A stretch of 64,000 nucleotides of DNA from Balanoglossus misakiensis (GCA_040954595.2 CM082582.2:10345483-10409482), one strand, 5' to 3'. Shown: positions 47,647-61,444, counted from the stretch's first letter. The notes: generated by a model not told the origin, from the letters alone. Translations and numbers: made by a program.

Positions 47647-49157
47647 CCTGTTGTTGGCGAAATCGTGACGCACGATCATGTATAAGTAATGATTGTGAAA
47701 TCGTAATCTGAACTTACATTTGCATTAAATGTGGTACCGTGTTTTATGTAAATGCTGGTGTAGATGTGTGACGTCATTGCCAAGAGGCTTTTCATATACA
47801 AAGTTGAACAAAAACAGTTGGTGAAAACCTATGATTTTTCTCTTGGGTGTCCGTACTCATGGGGGAGTATGCTTCTAGTCCCCCGCTCTAGTCCAATGAC
47901 CTCTGGTGGTAACAAGTTCCCTTACCCATGGGTCGCAGGCGATTAGGCTAAGACGCACAGTTTCAGCAAGTCTAATTGCATGCGCGGTTGTCCGCTAAAC
48001 TTTGAAAGCAGTCATACGCAAGAGAAGCAACGTCACGAAGGTGGAACGGATTAGAACTCTACAAGTACTGTCCTACAAAGTAACTTTATTACCAAGACAA
48101 GATTATGTCCGCGATAAATTCATGCATTTGAATTTCCTTTTTTTTCCTTTGCAAACGATTGTATAGTTCCGTCAAAGTTTTATAATGTACATTCACTGCA
48201 CGGAGTAACTGTACCAGAACCCACTGGTTTGTCTCACTTTGTGTGAGTGTGTCTGCCTGTCTGCGTGCCTGTCCCTTGTCTGTCTGTCTGTCTGTCTGTA
48301 TGTGTGTGTAAGTATTATGTGTGAATGCATGGATATATGCATGCCATTTCTTGTCTGTTTGCCAATTCTGTCTAGTTTTGTCCTAGTTTAGTTTTTTTCA
48401 ACCGTACGCCTCCTTACTGTGAGTGTGTTGCAATGCAACTAACAGGCATTGAGCAAAATCAGCATAAAATTTCAACCCACAATGTTGATTTTCAATACAG
48501 TGGTTTGTGTTCACCCATTCAGTCGTTCGAAAGTGGAACCAGTCTTGTTAATTTACAAATATTAAAAAGACTTCCAGTGTTGCACATGAGATCATTTTCT
48601 ATCATCGCCATTAGTGGCCAGAAAAAATACTGAGGCGAAAAGTCGACTTTCTGACAAACAAGATCCCGTGTACTATCGCACACAAAAAGTTTCTTGGCGT
48701 TATTCATCAAACCAGAAAGATAAAAATCTCGTTTTGTTAACCAAAGCTAAAAAGCGTATTTTCCACCCCATATATCCAAAGAGTTGTCATGCCGTCAAAA
48801 TATCAAAATGTAGAGTTCTTAATTTTAGTCACATGAATCATATAGTTATGACTTCAAAATGCGCATTGAGGCTTTTGATGGTTTAAAAGAAGCAAGACGC
48901 GTATGGAGGATTCGAGACGTTGATCAGAATAATGAACAAGACAACCTGATATACGTAAATGATATTAGAGAAGCACCGATAATATGAGCACGCTCTAAAA
49001 TTGTTTTTGAACGTTATGAAAAATTAACTTTACTTGCATTTTTCCCCTTGAAACGTGACATGCGTTTCCAACCATCAAACACTTAAAGGACAAATTAAAC
49101 CAGGAGAAAGTCGTGCAAACTCTTCTAATGGCGTTTAAACAGCAAAACATTACTTAC

Positions 49158-49572
49158 CTTCAACGTAGCGAAGTCGTTCCTCTCTCCTCTCTCTCAGTCG
49201 GGCCGAGATTTGAACGGTGTATGCTCGAGATAAAACTGACGGCAGGCAAGTGGCTCAAAGAAGAACTGCGCATTGAATCAAAATATTACTTTTGTCGAAG
49301 ACTCATCAAGTTTTCATAAATAGCAAATTATTCATGACCAGATTAAATGGGATTTGTCGGTGCACAGATTATAAGCTGTTTAAATGAAAAATTATTTTCC
49401 TCGCTGCGAGGTTCGGGGAGAAAGCAGGTTTAAAGTCCGATCGGCAAACTTTTCTTGCGCGCGCTGTCGATTTCAAAGCGTTCAACGTGATGGGCAACCA
49501 AACTCAAGTCTGGGTCTGTCCGGGACAATTCCGTTCGCCTCACCTTCAATATCATATCTACTGTATATATAA
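49158..49572 (-). promoter_or_regulatory. Putative non-coding first exon and TATA box of the neuropeptide gene
   Basis: Strong minus-strand donor gaag|gtaagt at 49157 and a TATA-like TATATATA at about 49564-49572. The coding exon's ATG sits directly after a splice acceptor, so an upstream 5'UTR exon is expected. Confidence 0.45.
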
Positions 49573-52500
49573 AGATATTCGGTAATGCTAATTTCATAAA
49601 ATTAATTATTCAGCCCTGTCATTTAAATCCCGTGGCCGGATATTTCATTACGCCGTGAGATGTTCTGTTTTCATTCATGGACATGTCGGTATATACATAG
49701 AAAAGAAAGTTTAAAGGAATCATCCGAAAAGTAGCAATGTATAGATTTTATACTCATAATTATTACATTCAATGATGTTCTTTTCAAGTGACGAGCACTG
49801 AAATACGTAAAGAAGATTCTACCCCGCACAATTAACAGACGTATTAACATTTTCCCTTCTCCTCTGGGAAAGTAGACTTAATATGTCCTTTTGAAATCTC
49901 GGAAACGAGGTAGAGCAGATTCATCCTAGTTGGCACACCAAAGGTTGCATTAAAAATTTCCCTCGTCCCCCAGAGACGCAACTGTTAATATCGATTCGTT
50001 TACCCCGAAGCCCAATAATCGCATCTTAATTATCCCCCGTGTACACTTTTTTTTACGTTTGCAAGTCGTGCATGTTCTGTGGTTCATAAATTGAGTTTTT
50101 CTCAAATAAAGCCCTGTCGTTAATGTTTAAAATTTCCAAGAAACGTTGCTAACGTTATGGATATTATATACACGTGTACCGTTCACTTATTTTCCCTGCC
50201 ATCAAACGGATGCTTGACATAATAACAGGACAGTCAGTTCAGAATAGATTCTGTATTTTAGTTATGTTCTTTTGAGACGTCTGACACGGCTGGCGTCATA
50301 GATGTTAAACCTTTCTCGCTGCCAATCGCCCAGACCGTTTTAATATGTCGTTGAAAGCCACATTTTGCAAAAAGACGCCAGAACTGATATCTGCATATCA
50401 GTTAGTCATATTGTATCTGCAGTCGGACTCTCTCTCTCTTTTCACGTACGAGGTCACATGACAAAAATCAGCTTCAGTGAAACTTCTCTTTCTTAACGTC
50501 AAAAGTTACTTCAAAGTATACATGCACGGATAAGGAAGTAACTGATGTCGAGGAAACTGACAAAAACCGTAGAAGGACTCACCAGTCCGCAAAACGTCAA
50601 ACTCCGCCTGAAATGTTAATGTCGACGGTAATCTCCCCGGTGGCTAGCGTAATCGCTTAGATTACAGTATCTGTATCATATAACTCGCGTTTACAGGTGG
50701 GGTAAATTTGGGCGGGGTTTTGGAAAAGTTCCCTCGGTAGGAAGAGGGAGGGGGCATTATAACCAACGGTTACAGATCGTACCACGCAAAAACCCAATTA
50801 TTCGACTTAGCTTTACATGTCTTGCTCTCTGATTGTGCACGGAAGTCTGTGTTCGGCGAACGGATCAGACTGGGGAGATATCTTATTTCACGGTTAAATA
50901 AATTAAGTATCTATTCTAATCCCGTCACAGATAGGGGAAGATTACGGTAAGACTTCAAACATGAACAAACCGAAAACATTTCCAGGTTATTTCGTAATAT
51001 CCGGATTTTCTTCGAATATGCCGACAGGGTTCCAAAATCACTATTTCGTGCTTAAAAGTGTCACTTTTTAGTTCAATGACCCATATAGTCTTTGATCAAG
51101 CAAGGTCATTCCAGAAAGATATTGGCCTCTGCTTTAGTTTTTCTTGACTTCGAAAGGGAAAAAGAGCTTGGTTGGGGTGGGGTGGGGTGGGAGAACCACT
51201 TGAATTCCGGTGAGGGGTGGTCGAGGATTTTTGTATGTCAGCAAACTTTTTTTCCAGCCACTGTTACAACACATTTATTATTCGATTACCAGTTCAGCCT
51301 TTTCTTCTATTCAAGCCCATACGGGCTATTTATACTGCGAGAGAAAAAAAAAATTCGTGCGCAAGAGATAATTATATCACTTTGGTGCGTGAAATATGAA
51401 AGTAAATGTACGTTGGTGCAGTACATTGAATCATTGGCACAATTTTCACCATTCAAGTGTCTTCGGTTCGCGTTTTTTTATCTAGCTTTGTTTTGTTCGC
51501 TGTTACTAAAGCCACGTTTCCTGGACACCTGATAAATTCACAGAGACCGTTCAAACTGGTGTTTATTCACGCCCTCAAGTTCGGTTAAATGTTCACTATT
51601 CGTTTTTTTTTATCAGCGTCGCACCGTCAATGTTCGAAGTGTAGATGTACATCTTTGCTGCAGAAATGCCACAGAACTCTCGCAACCCTCCTTTGCGCCA
51701 TGTGCAGGTCACACGCTCATTTGAACTTTGCCACCTCCCAAGCAAATAAAGAAAATTGTAGAGTTTTTGCGTTAGTTCGATCGAACTATTCAGGATAAAC
51801 ACGTTACCTCGGGCGTCAGACAAGTTTTTTCTCCACCATCACACAAATGATTTAACAAAATCCTTTGAAGTACCCGCTTATCCACATCTTCAGACGCATT
51901 TGGTCAATCCTATTAGGGATAGTTGCTATAATAATAAAACATTCAGAAATTTTGTTATATCTTTAATAATAAGCCAGACTCTCTTGTTGTGCTTCGAATT
52001 AGGCCTATACGCCAGGTGTTTTGCTAGTTAACACACGTTGTATGATGTTTGTGATAGTTGAGTTCAGAAATCGGACATCGGGTCTTTCAAAATGCTCTCG
52101 GGAATAAGAAGGCAGACGCCAGGGTGTGATTGAAAATTAAAATCCCGAGGAAATTATATCAAAAGTTACTTTTAATACAACATTATTATTCCTATGACAT
52201 CGGCGCCCATTTCAAAATGATTGGGCCTAAATAGGCTGGAAAATGAACCAAATTCACAATGTACAGGACAGAATAACCGGAAAAATATGCAGAAAACAAT
52301 TATTTTACCATATGAGTGTGCAGTAACAGAGCATAACTCAAAAATTCCAGAAGTTCCTGACGGTTTTTTTAAAGCTCCCCTATACCAGGCAAATAAATTT
52401 GGTGAAGGACCACCTAGGTTGACGAAAGTGTCCGAGAACATCGATTACCATCACCATTGAAAGTAATTATCTTTCCCAGGTTTTGAAGTCTTTGAAATCG

Positions 52501-52837
52501 TAATGAGCCTTTTTTGATTGACTTCAACACCTGCTTACAACTTGTAAAACCTAAATTATATCGAACGGGACTGGCATTTAACGCCGTTCAGTATAATTCT
52601 GACGAGCGTGGGCGTGACCTGGGAGGACACACTTAGTTCACAAGAACCATTTTGATTGGTGGTGTGTTTACCAAGATTAATAATCCCAAAAGCTTGGATT
52701 TTAGAGACTTTGTGAATTAGGCTCTAGGTCCCAATAAAATGTTATTTAAAAACTATTAAGATGAATTCATCGGAGTGTTGTTTTTTAATATCCAAACACA
52801 GTCGAGCATTGACCAGTCAGCCTGATCAGACGCACCA

Positions 52838-52972
52838 GCCAATAAAAAACTCCGTAACAATGTGAAGGGTTTGAAACGATGGATCTTTCGGAGCATGCGC
52901 TGGAAGAATTTCAGCACATTTCTCAATATGGCGGCCGTGTAGCATGGCGTGACTAACCACAATTTCGTCGCG
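52838..52972 (+). promoter_or_regulatory. USP10 promoter / 5' leader with CCAAT, YY1-like ATGGCGGC and two micro-uORFs
   Basis: ccaat at about 52839; aatATGGCGGC at 52925-52935; ATG GCG GCC GTG TAG (52928-52942) and ATG GCG TGA (52944-52952); CpG-rich context. Confidence 0.5.
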
Positions 52973-55900
52973 ATGTCTCTATCTCATACGGTAGGTTACG
53001 TTTGCATTTTGTCGAAGACTTGTAGCTTGGTCACAGCAGTGTTGTAAAACACACAATATCGTCGGTTATTGACGGTCAGGTGTGATAAACAGGACTGCAG
53101 CTGCGCTGTTCCAGCTTAGTTCTCGTCTCCGGCGACTGCTGTTCTCTGCAGCCTGCACACATCATCTCGTTTTAAAGTGTAAAGATAATTTTAAGCAAAT
53201 CTTTGCTTCGAAACCTCGATTAAATACTTCCTTCCTGAGCTTAATTTGAAACGGCTGTACATCGTGTTTGACACGTACCGAAATGATGCGTGGCAAACCA
53301 GTGTTGTAAATGCCAGTAACGTAGTACCGTAGCTGCCTTTGACCAGCTACTTGGCGAGGAAAGTTGAATGACCGTGTGACATGTCCTCTCTCCGACCCCG
53401 GCGGAATTGAGATCGACATTTCTCGTTTTCGCCGGACGGTAGAGGTTTTAACCATTCTCTCATGACAGTTATAATACATGTATTACTAGTACATGTGTGT
53501 GTGGCATACCTTGTCGAACACCTGGCAATTGTAATCCTCACAAATACAAAACTTGCCATTCATTGATAAAGTTATCACACATTGTTATTTATGATAATGG
53601 CTGTTTATTATTTTCCCCCAAATTAAAGGGTATTGGTCAGCCGATACTCTTTAATTGTCCTGGGTAGAACACTGATAGTGTGGTACATGTATTTTTTAAA
53701 GGGAGGAAAGTGTTGTCATAGCAGTTGATCGGATGAGATGCATGAATGAATGAATGCATACTCTGTGATATTAATTTACAATAACTGAATCAGCTGGCCA
53801 TTGTATTAGAAAAGATCTCATTTGCATATGGTAGATGCTACAGTCACTATTTTTAGCATTTAAAATTGATTTGTTTTTATCTTGCTTGGGTGGCTCAGAA
53901 TAATTCCAAATGAATTGCTAATTGACATAGCCATGGACTGGTGTATTCGGTTGTCATAGAGATGAATCTAATCTTGGTTCGAGTGATGCACTGTAATTTC
54001 AGAGTTGTTTTTATCGGATATACTGGTAGGACTTGTGTACTCCACTACATGATGACCTGGGCTGGATAAAATATTCTGATTTCATGGCCAGTTCAGAAAA
54101 ATATTCTTCTTTATGGTAACCATGGTAACAGATGTAGTATCACTCTCACTTCAAAGTCAAGATGCATGTATTATGTCGTTTGAATTGGCAAAGTGTAACT
54201 AAACTGAGCGCAGAATGCGTGATAATGTAGATTCTTGAGTTAGGGGGCCCTGTTGCTGGCATGATTTAATGACTTAGGGAGACCAGCAGGCCTGCGCCTG
54301 GCATGTAATAAGTCTGGAGCTGATGCACGAGGTACATGTACACAGTTAGTATTACATGCAAAGAAGACTTCATTGCTTAAGTTAAAGCCTAATGGTCCGG
54401 GTAGCCTTGGAAGTCCATTGATGTCTGCTCTAAATGGCTTTATTCCATTCTCATTCAAATGTATGTATACGGCTTTGTATTGCCACTGTTTGATATTCCT
54501 CCGTAGTATTTGATATTCATGGAAGTGACTTGTACAACTGGGTATTGGCTGCCAGTATGGACATCATCTGATTGCCTTTCTTCGATTTCCTGTCACATGT
54601 TTATGTGTACACACATGGCCAAAGAGTGGATTTTAATGTGACGTGCCTGTGTATTGTGTGTTGCACCATGTGTTGATTTACATCTTTAAGTTTTACTGCA
54701 ATGGCAAACTGAAAGCACAAACCTGCTCTGCAGGCCTGTTTACACCGCCAACGGGTAAAAAAAATTGTTGAATTGTTTAATTTCACATGCAGAATAATTA
54801 CTTCATTAAATGCAAATGCAGTGAATTCTATTAAGGGTCAGATTTACAAATGAAATGAATATTTTCATTTTTATGTGACGTCGGTCAGCAGGCATAGTTC
54901 ATAGCAGTAAAGGTGGTCATGGTATTATGTCCACACGATAATGGATTTGTGTATTGTTACTGGTACCAAACACATTGTAATAAATGGTGTGATATTTTAA
55001 AGTCCATTTTGTGATTGCACTCTGGAGGTTGACGTCTGATAGAGAGATATGATAAACTTGTCTGGTACGGTGAAGGAGAGAAAAAAAAAGTGCACCACAC
55101 TACATTGTTGACATTATAGGTACATGTACACATGGTTGTGTTGTAAATTTCTGATTATATGATGGCTTAAGTAGATTTTAGTACATTTTCACACTTTCAC
55201 CCGTTTTCTCGTCTTTGTAGGAATTATCGTTTGGGGATTTCAGCGGGCTCAGCAATGAGGAGTATGAGAAGCTTTTCAGCACCCTGAGTAGGCCACTGAG
55301 CAACAGGAAAGTTAAGGTCAGTACTGTGTATTATGATGCTTGTATAATATTTTGAGATGTGATCAGCACTTTTACAGTGATATCCAGTATTGTTACTGGT
55401 AGAACTAGGGCAGTGTACGTTGATCAGACTCTGCAACAATTCCTGTGCCACATCAGTCATCTGTTATGTAAAGTACGTTCTCATTGTTTTCAGTGCTTGG
55501 CTGTATCATAATCATTGTTGACAATCTCACCAGCCAGAACAGTGGATAGGGATTTGCTCTACAGTGATATTATATGATATCCATTGCAGGGGTCAAGATT
55601 TGACCCCGGACACACTGCGTGTCAAAGTACATGCTTAAATATATGAAGCCACGCATACATTACTTTTCAAAGCGGTCACCTTGTGTATTTTTAGCTTCAA
55701 TTAACCATTCCGTTTTTGTTAAAAACGTGTAAATCTAAAAAACAAGACAAGGAGAGGTTTTAGGTACTCCACAATGGACCATAAAATGGGCAAACAAGTG
55801 GTTTTATTTTGCCAATTTGGAGTGCTATTATTGTGAGCAAAAATGGAAATTTATAGACCATCATTAGGGCTTGTAGGAATCTTTAGTGTGTTTATTCAGC

Positions 55901-58900
55901 AGTCTAAAGTTAAATGATAAAGATCTTGCTGATAAAGTTGTGTTCTCGTATAGTTACGCTTTGTGATTGACTAGTTTCCCTGTCCTTATCGCTCAGTTTC
56001 CATGGAACGAAGAAGAATATGTCCAGTCTGGAATACAGGCTCTAAACATAGGTGAGTGTGTCACGTTTATATCTTGTTTATTCATCAGGGCCTGAGAGCC
56101 AGCAAGTGGTTGCTTTGATTACTTGCTCCCCTCCTCAGACTCAGAGATCTCTGATACCAGCACGAAATCTCTCGGCACTCAAAGCTCGTTTTGAAATGAT
56201 AATAGACAAACTAACGAAGTACCAGCACTTTGTCGTGTGCGTGGTCTCTGAACTTTGGCATTTACTTCACGCAGCACTGATCTGTTGCAAGGTACCCTGT
56301 AGCCTCCAGGTACAAAATGATTGTCCAGGTCAGACCATGCCCTCATTTTGTCCACTGGATGGAGTGGAGATTTATTTTTCGTTTCCATGCAAAAAGTATT
56401 AAATGTCTTGGCACGGTAGAGCTATATAATTAGCGTGGGTTTGAAATTTATAACCTGGTATTAATTCTTGCGGAAGCATTTATTACCCAATGTGACACTT
56501 TAAGGGAAAACATGTCATCCGCCCATAAATAAAAATGTTATCTGATGTCACAAGCGCAAATCATGATGGGGGAAGCTGCAAGATATAATAATGGACCACA
56601 TTTCATGTCAACTACAAGCACTTCTTTATGATTCCCCGTGACAACGCAAAATATTTATAGACAAGGTTCCTTGATTGCAAATTCTGTGTTGAAACCGGTT
56701 TCCACTCATTTGAATTGGCATGTGCAGACGTGCGGACGGAGGAAAATCGTGAATGAATGATAATGAACGTGTGTTTAGTACATCTGTATACCATACTCGT
56801 TTATCCCGCGTCCAGGGCAAACTGTTGCTGTTGGTTCTAAATTTCACGGTTGTGTTTCATTCACTGATGGCATTTTTTGTGTGTGGTCAATTGCAGGGGA
56901 CCTGGCTGCCGGGCATCAATATCTCAGTCAAATCTACCATCTCCCAACTGCCGAGGCAGGGACAAATGAGACAGCAGAAGACGAGACAGCAGAAGGAACC
57001 ACTGCAACCTGTCAACTTGTGAACAAAGACGAGACAGACGACCCTACACACAGTGAGAAAGAAATCGCTGTGGACAACGACTATCCGAGCAGTAATGATT
57101 TTGGAGTAGACAATATTGTGGACAATGAACAAGGTAATGCCGAGGAGTACGCTTCGGGCAGTAACACTAATAACGATGAGAATTCTGCCGGGGGAGGATC
57201 TGGCAGTAACGGGGATAGACCCAGGCGGCGCAATAAGAAGAAACGTGACCCGGAATACTATCAGCGATATTACACAAACCCAGAGCTTTACAACCATCAT
57301 GACCACAGAGAGGCGGCCACAGGTGACGACAGACCCCAGCAAGAATACCCAGGTGATGGCGTCGACGGCAGACATGTACAAATTGAGCCAGTAGAGGATT
57401 TGAACTCGCCGGAAGAATCTGAAGCAAAATTGAACGCGCAGGGGGGAAATGTGAAAGACACGGATGCGGGACTCGGCAAAGACGATGAGGAATGTGCCAG
57501 TAGTACTAGCAGCAGCGATCAGCCCTCTGCCCAGACAAAGCCCGGAGACTTACCGCAAATAAACCACAATGAGCAAACTATGGTGCTTTCACACCCTGCT
57601 AACACAGACCCCATTCCCCCCAGGACTAGTGACCAAGTCGTAACTGACAAACTCTCTGAGCAGCCGGCGCCCGCTGACAAGGGCGAGGCAGGAAGTACAA
57701 CTCAAGACGTAGTGCCGGACAATCAGGACGCCCCTTCGAACTCGGAAACGGACGCCCCAGTTGCAAAAGACAGTGGACTGGTTGATGATGTTACTGATGT
57801 TGCCGCGGAAACCGGCAAAGATGAAGAGAAAGAAATCAAGGAGACTTCAGTTGGCGTGGAAACTGCAGAGAATGTTCCTGCCAACGCTGACGGTCCTATG
57901 CATACTGCCAACTTGGACAAACCCCAATCTGTCACCACGCTCACTGTTGCCCTAGTAACCAACCAAAATACTCCTGTTGTTGCTGCCATCTTGTCGGGTG
58001 AGGAAGGGAAAGAGAACGTCTCTGAAATCCCTGAGAACAATGCACCTCAGGAAACTGATCCGACGCAAAGTGAAAACGCGGAAAATAGCAAACAAGGGGA
58101 AGATGCCAGTGTGGCTAAACCCAAAGTTTCGTCGTGGGCTGGGCTCTTCAAAAATACCCAAGTCCCTGCCTCTGCACCGATCGCGTACGTGAGTCATGTC
58201 AGCAGTGAGCCCCCGAAATCTGAGACTACTGCCAAGAAATCTTCTGATAACAACACAAGCGATGTTGAACTACATGAGGTTGTTACCCCAGAGGAAGACA
58301 AAATGGCAAAGGCCCTCGGGGGTAAGTGTACATGTACAGTATGATTTCTCAAGAAACAGGAACCTTGGTGTTTCAGCCATCACTTCCAATGATACCCAAA
58401 AATATTGCCCCAGTGGCCATCAAATAACAGTGTAATATTAATAATGTTTATTTTCAGAGTTTCTGCTCAATGTGAAGTTTCCATATCGTGCTCTGGCACT
58501 ACAGCCGAGAGGATTGAATAACACTGGAAACTGGTGCTATGTGAATGCAGTATCCTTTTCAACAGAGATGCCAGTCTTCAGATATGTCCTGTTTTATTTC
58601 GTGAACACGCTTCATACATGTATTGACTTAGTGGCTACAGATCTACATCACTACTCACGTGTCTTATAGATTCGCCAGACGTAGTAGGGTGTATATCTGT
58701 GAGATTCATGAGACTTTATGTCAAGTGTGTTTAGAAGTACTTGCTGAGGTCGAAAGCTCTGTGTTTGGATTTTTATTGAGTCCCCCCCCCCCCTCAGTCT
58801 GCATGAATACCCAGTTTCATTCACTGAATTTTTGCCTTAACCGCCTTCCCATAGATTTTACAGGCATTGTTGTCATGCCCACCTATGTATAATTTACTGA

Positions 58901-59275
58901 AGTCCTTACCGGTGACACCATTGTCCAGGCGTGGGCCAAGTTCAACACCCATGATGGACAGTCTGTAAGTGTGCAGTCCATCCACATCACACCCAGTGTG
59001 TGGTTAAATTTGCCCATGTAACCAACCAGCATAAATTGTATGCAAATTATGAATCTATCTCCAACAGGCAGACATGAATACTGGCGAAGAACATTTGAAT
59101 ATTTCTCTTCGTCTTCTTTATTCCAGAGCTCAGTTTGTAAATGAATTTCACGCTATGCCACCTAAACCCGGTAAGTTCAATGTATATTTGTGATAAATTT
59201 TCTCACAAAATGAAGATTACTGTTACTGTCCAAGCCAATTATCACAGAAATGGTAAAATCATTGATGATGATGAA

Positions 59276-59321
<46 letters not shown>

Positions 59322-61444
59322 CTTTAATATAGTGATTCTATTGTAATTCCAGGTGGCAAGAGAACTGCGCAAGATCTACGTCCAGGATCTCCATTTGAAC
59401 CTAATTATGTATACCGTCTCCTGACTATAGTCAAATCAAGCATGTCGACACGGGTAAGTGTTAAGTAGTACTGTCAAAATGAAAAAAGACCTGCTCTGAA
59501 AATGCTGTTCTTCTGCTGAAAATCATTGTTTATTCATGAGTTCAGTTCTTGTTGCAGACATTGATGGTCAAAATTATGTTACATGTTATTTTTAGGGAAG
59601 ACAGGAAGATGCAGAAGAATTCCTAGGATTCGTACTGAACGGATTGCATGAAGAAATGCTGACTTGTACCAAGTTTTTGTCTGAAAGCAAAGAGGAACTG
59701 AGTGAGTAACTAATGCAGAGAATCTGGAATTTATTGACAGTTTCACGTTTAAATGATCACCCATGTTGTGAGAAAAATATTTTAATAATCTTGTCAGTGG
59801 TAATATGTTATGACATTCATTGCAACTTCAGAGCCAGATACAATGAATGGTCCGTCTGTGGAGAGCAGCAACGGTCCCACGGATGTCAAGGTGTCAGAGG
59901 GAGGAGATGACGAGGATGACAATGATGAGGAATGGGAACAAGTCGGACCCAAAAACAAAAGTAGCATTACAAGATCTGTGAGTGTCTGTAGTAAATGTCT
60001 AGTCTCTTGGTTGTTTTGATGTGGTTTTATTTTTGTGGCATCACGGGAATGCATACAATTGTGTTATTATACAGAGTCATATTCAACATTTTGTCAGTTT
60101 GTATACTTAAAAAGCAATTCCATAAGAAGCATACTGATTGCTGCTTTCTAACCCACAGGCCAATTTCGTACAGTCTTCAATATCTGAGATCTTTGGTGGC
60201 CAGATGAGATCAGCTCTACATCAACACGGCTCCAAGGAATCAGCCACTCTACAGCCATTCTTTACTCTACAGTTAGACATTCAGGTTGGTGGTGTGTGAT
60301 TGGTATGGGGGAGGGGAGAGAGGGAGAACAGTTGAACACTGTAATTAATAGTTGAATAGCTGCAAAATTTGTCTCAGAATGTTTGTTTTATTTTTCTAGT
60401 TTGACAAGACTTGGTCTGTGAAAGATGCTCTGCAGTCACTTGTCAGCCGTGAAACTTTACATGATTACACAAGTACCAAATCCAAGTCTGAGGTGAGTGT
60501 GCTGATCGCATCAACCCTGGGAAGGAATTCTACAAGTTTTATGTAGAAACCATCAACCTTTGTAAAGTGTAGTGTAGTGTTGTACTCTGCCATGCTTTTC
60601 ACACATCCAACATTTTCTATCGTTTACTTTTGGCAGGCGGAGACTTTTAGACGAATCACTTTAGAAGTTCTCCCGCCGGTGCTGGTGTTGCATCTGAAGA
60701 GATTCCTGTATGACAAGTCTGGAGGTTGCCAGAAACTTCAGAAGAAAATCGACTACACAGTGGACTTAGAAATCAGCAAAGGTAAGTGTAGCCTTTGATG
60801 TGAAGTTAAGGGGTCAAATTTGTGATGCTGTTGTATTGTGGGTAAAAAAGTTGACCATTGTCCTAGGAGTTACCCTGAATTCTCATTGTAGTTAACATAC
60901 ATCAATAAAACTCACAGTTGTAACATTTTTGTGTTCATCTATTTCTTTCCCATGCCAGATCTTCTGTCACCGTTAGTCAAGAATAAATTACATGTAACTC
61001 AAAGGTCTTATAAGCTGTTTGCAAGTAAGTGTACTTATGGTTCAGTTTCTTGTTTCATAGGTTCCGACTGTATTCGGTGCATTGCGATAAAGGAAAATAA
61101 GATTTTTAGCTCCAGAAATGAAAGTGTATGTAGTTGTGATAACCGACTGCATTCTGAGGGTAGACAGCTGTATGCTGTTGCCTGCATAGCCAGTCAGCAT
61201 GTGTAGAACGTTTTCAAAGTTGACCATTTCCCCCCTCCAAATTCCTTTTACTGCAGTTGTCTATCACCATGGGAAGAACGCAAGCGGAGGGCATTACACC
61301 TGCGACTTCTACCACCCTGGCATCAACGGGTGGGTGAGAACTGACGACACCAACGTCAAAGCTGTCACCATCAATAGTATTCTGCGGCCAATAGCACCCA
61401 AGGTTCCCTACCTTCTCTTCTACAGGAGATGTGATCTCATATAA
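52973..61444 (+). CDS. USP10: Ubiquitin carboxyl-terminal hydrolase 10 (USP10); exons 52973-52990, 55221-55316, 55997-56051, 56897-58321, 58458-58549, 58855-58964, 59127-59170, 59353-59453, 59596-59701, 59832-59977, 60159-60284, 60400-60492, 60637-60781, 60959-61024, 61257-61444
   Basis: N-terminus MSLSHT-ELSFGDF, then an acidic disordered region and SWAGLF. Cys box [74 protein letters not shown]. His box [13 protein letters not shown]...WVRTDD...YLLFYRR. All exon phases are consistent. Confidence 0.95.
58550..58854 (+). other. U12-type (minor spliceosome) GT-AG intron in USP10
   Basis: 5' splice site GTATCCTTT. Branch sequence TTTGCCTTAAC at 58831-58841, about 14 nt before the AG at 58853-58854, with only a short pyrimidine run. 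Removing it restores WCYVNA|ILQALL. Confidence 0.92.
59263..59320. repeat. (GAT)n microsatellite in a USP10 intron
   Basis: About 19 GAT units with one GAA interruption, inside the intron 59171-59352. Confidence 0.95.

Noticed and set aside
52030-52500. ORFs 52172-52441 and 52221-52460
   Set aside because: No recognisable domain or splice context. Probably repeat-derived, but no TIR or TSD could be defined.
55588-55606. Near-perfect palindrome ggggtcaagatttgacccc
   Set aside because: Short and isolated in an intron; no element boundaries or function can be supported.
59141-59332. Poly-Asp ORF
   Set aside because: It is an intronic (GAT)n microsatellite between two in-phase USP10 exons.
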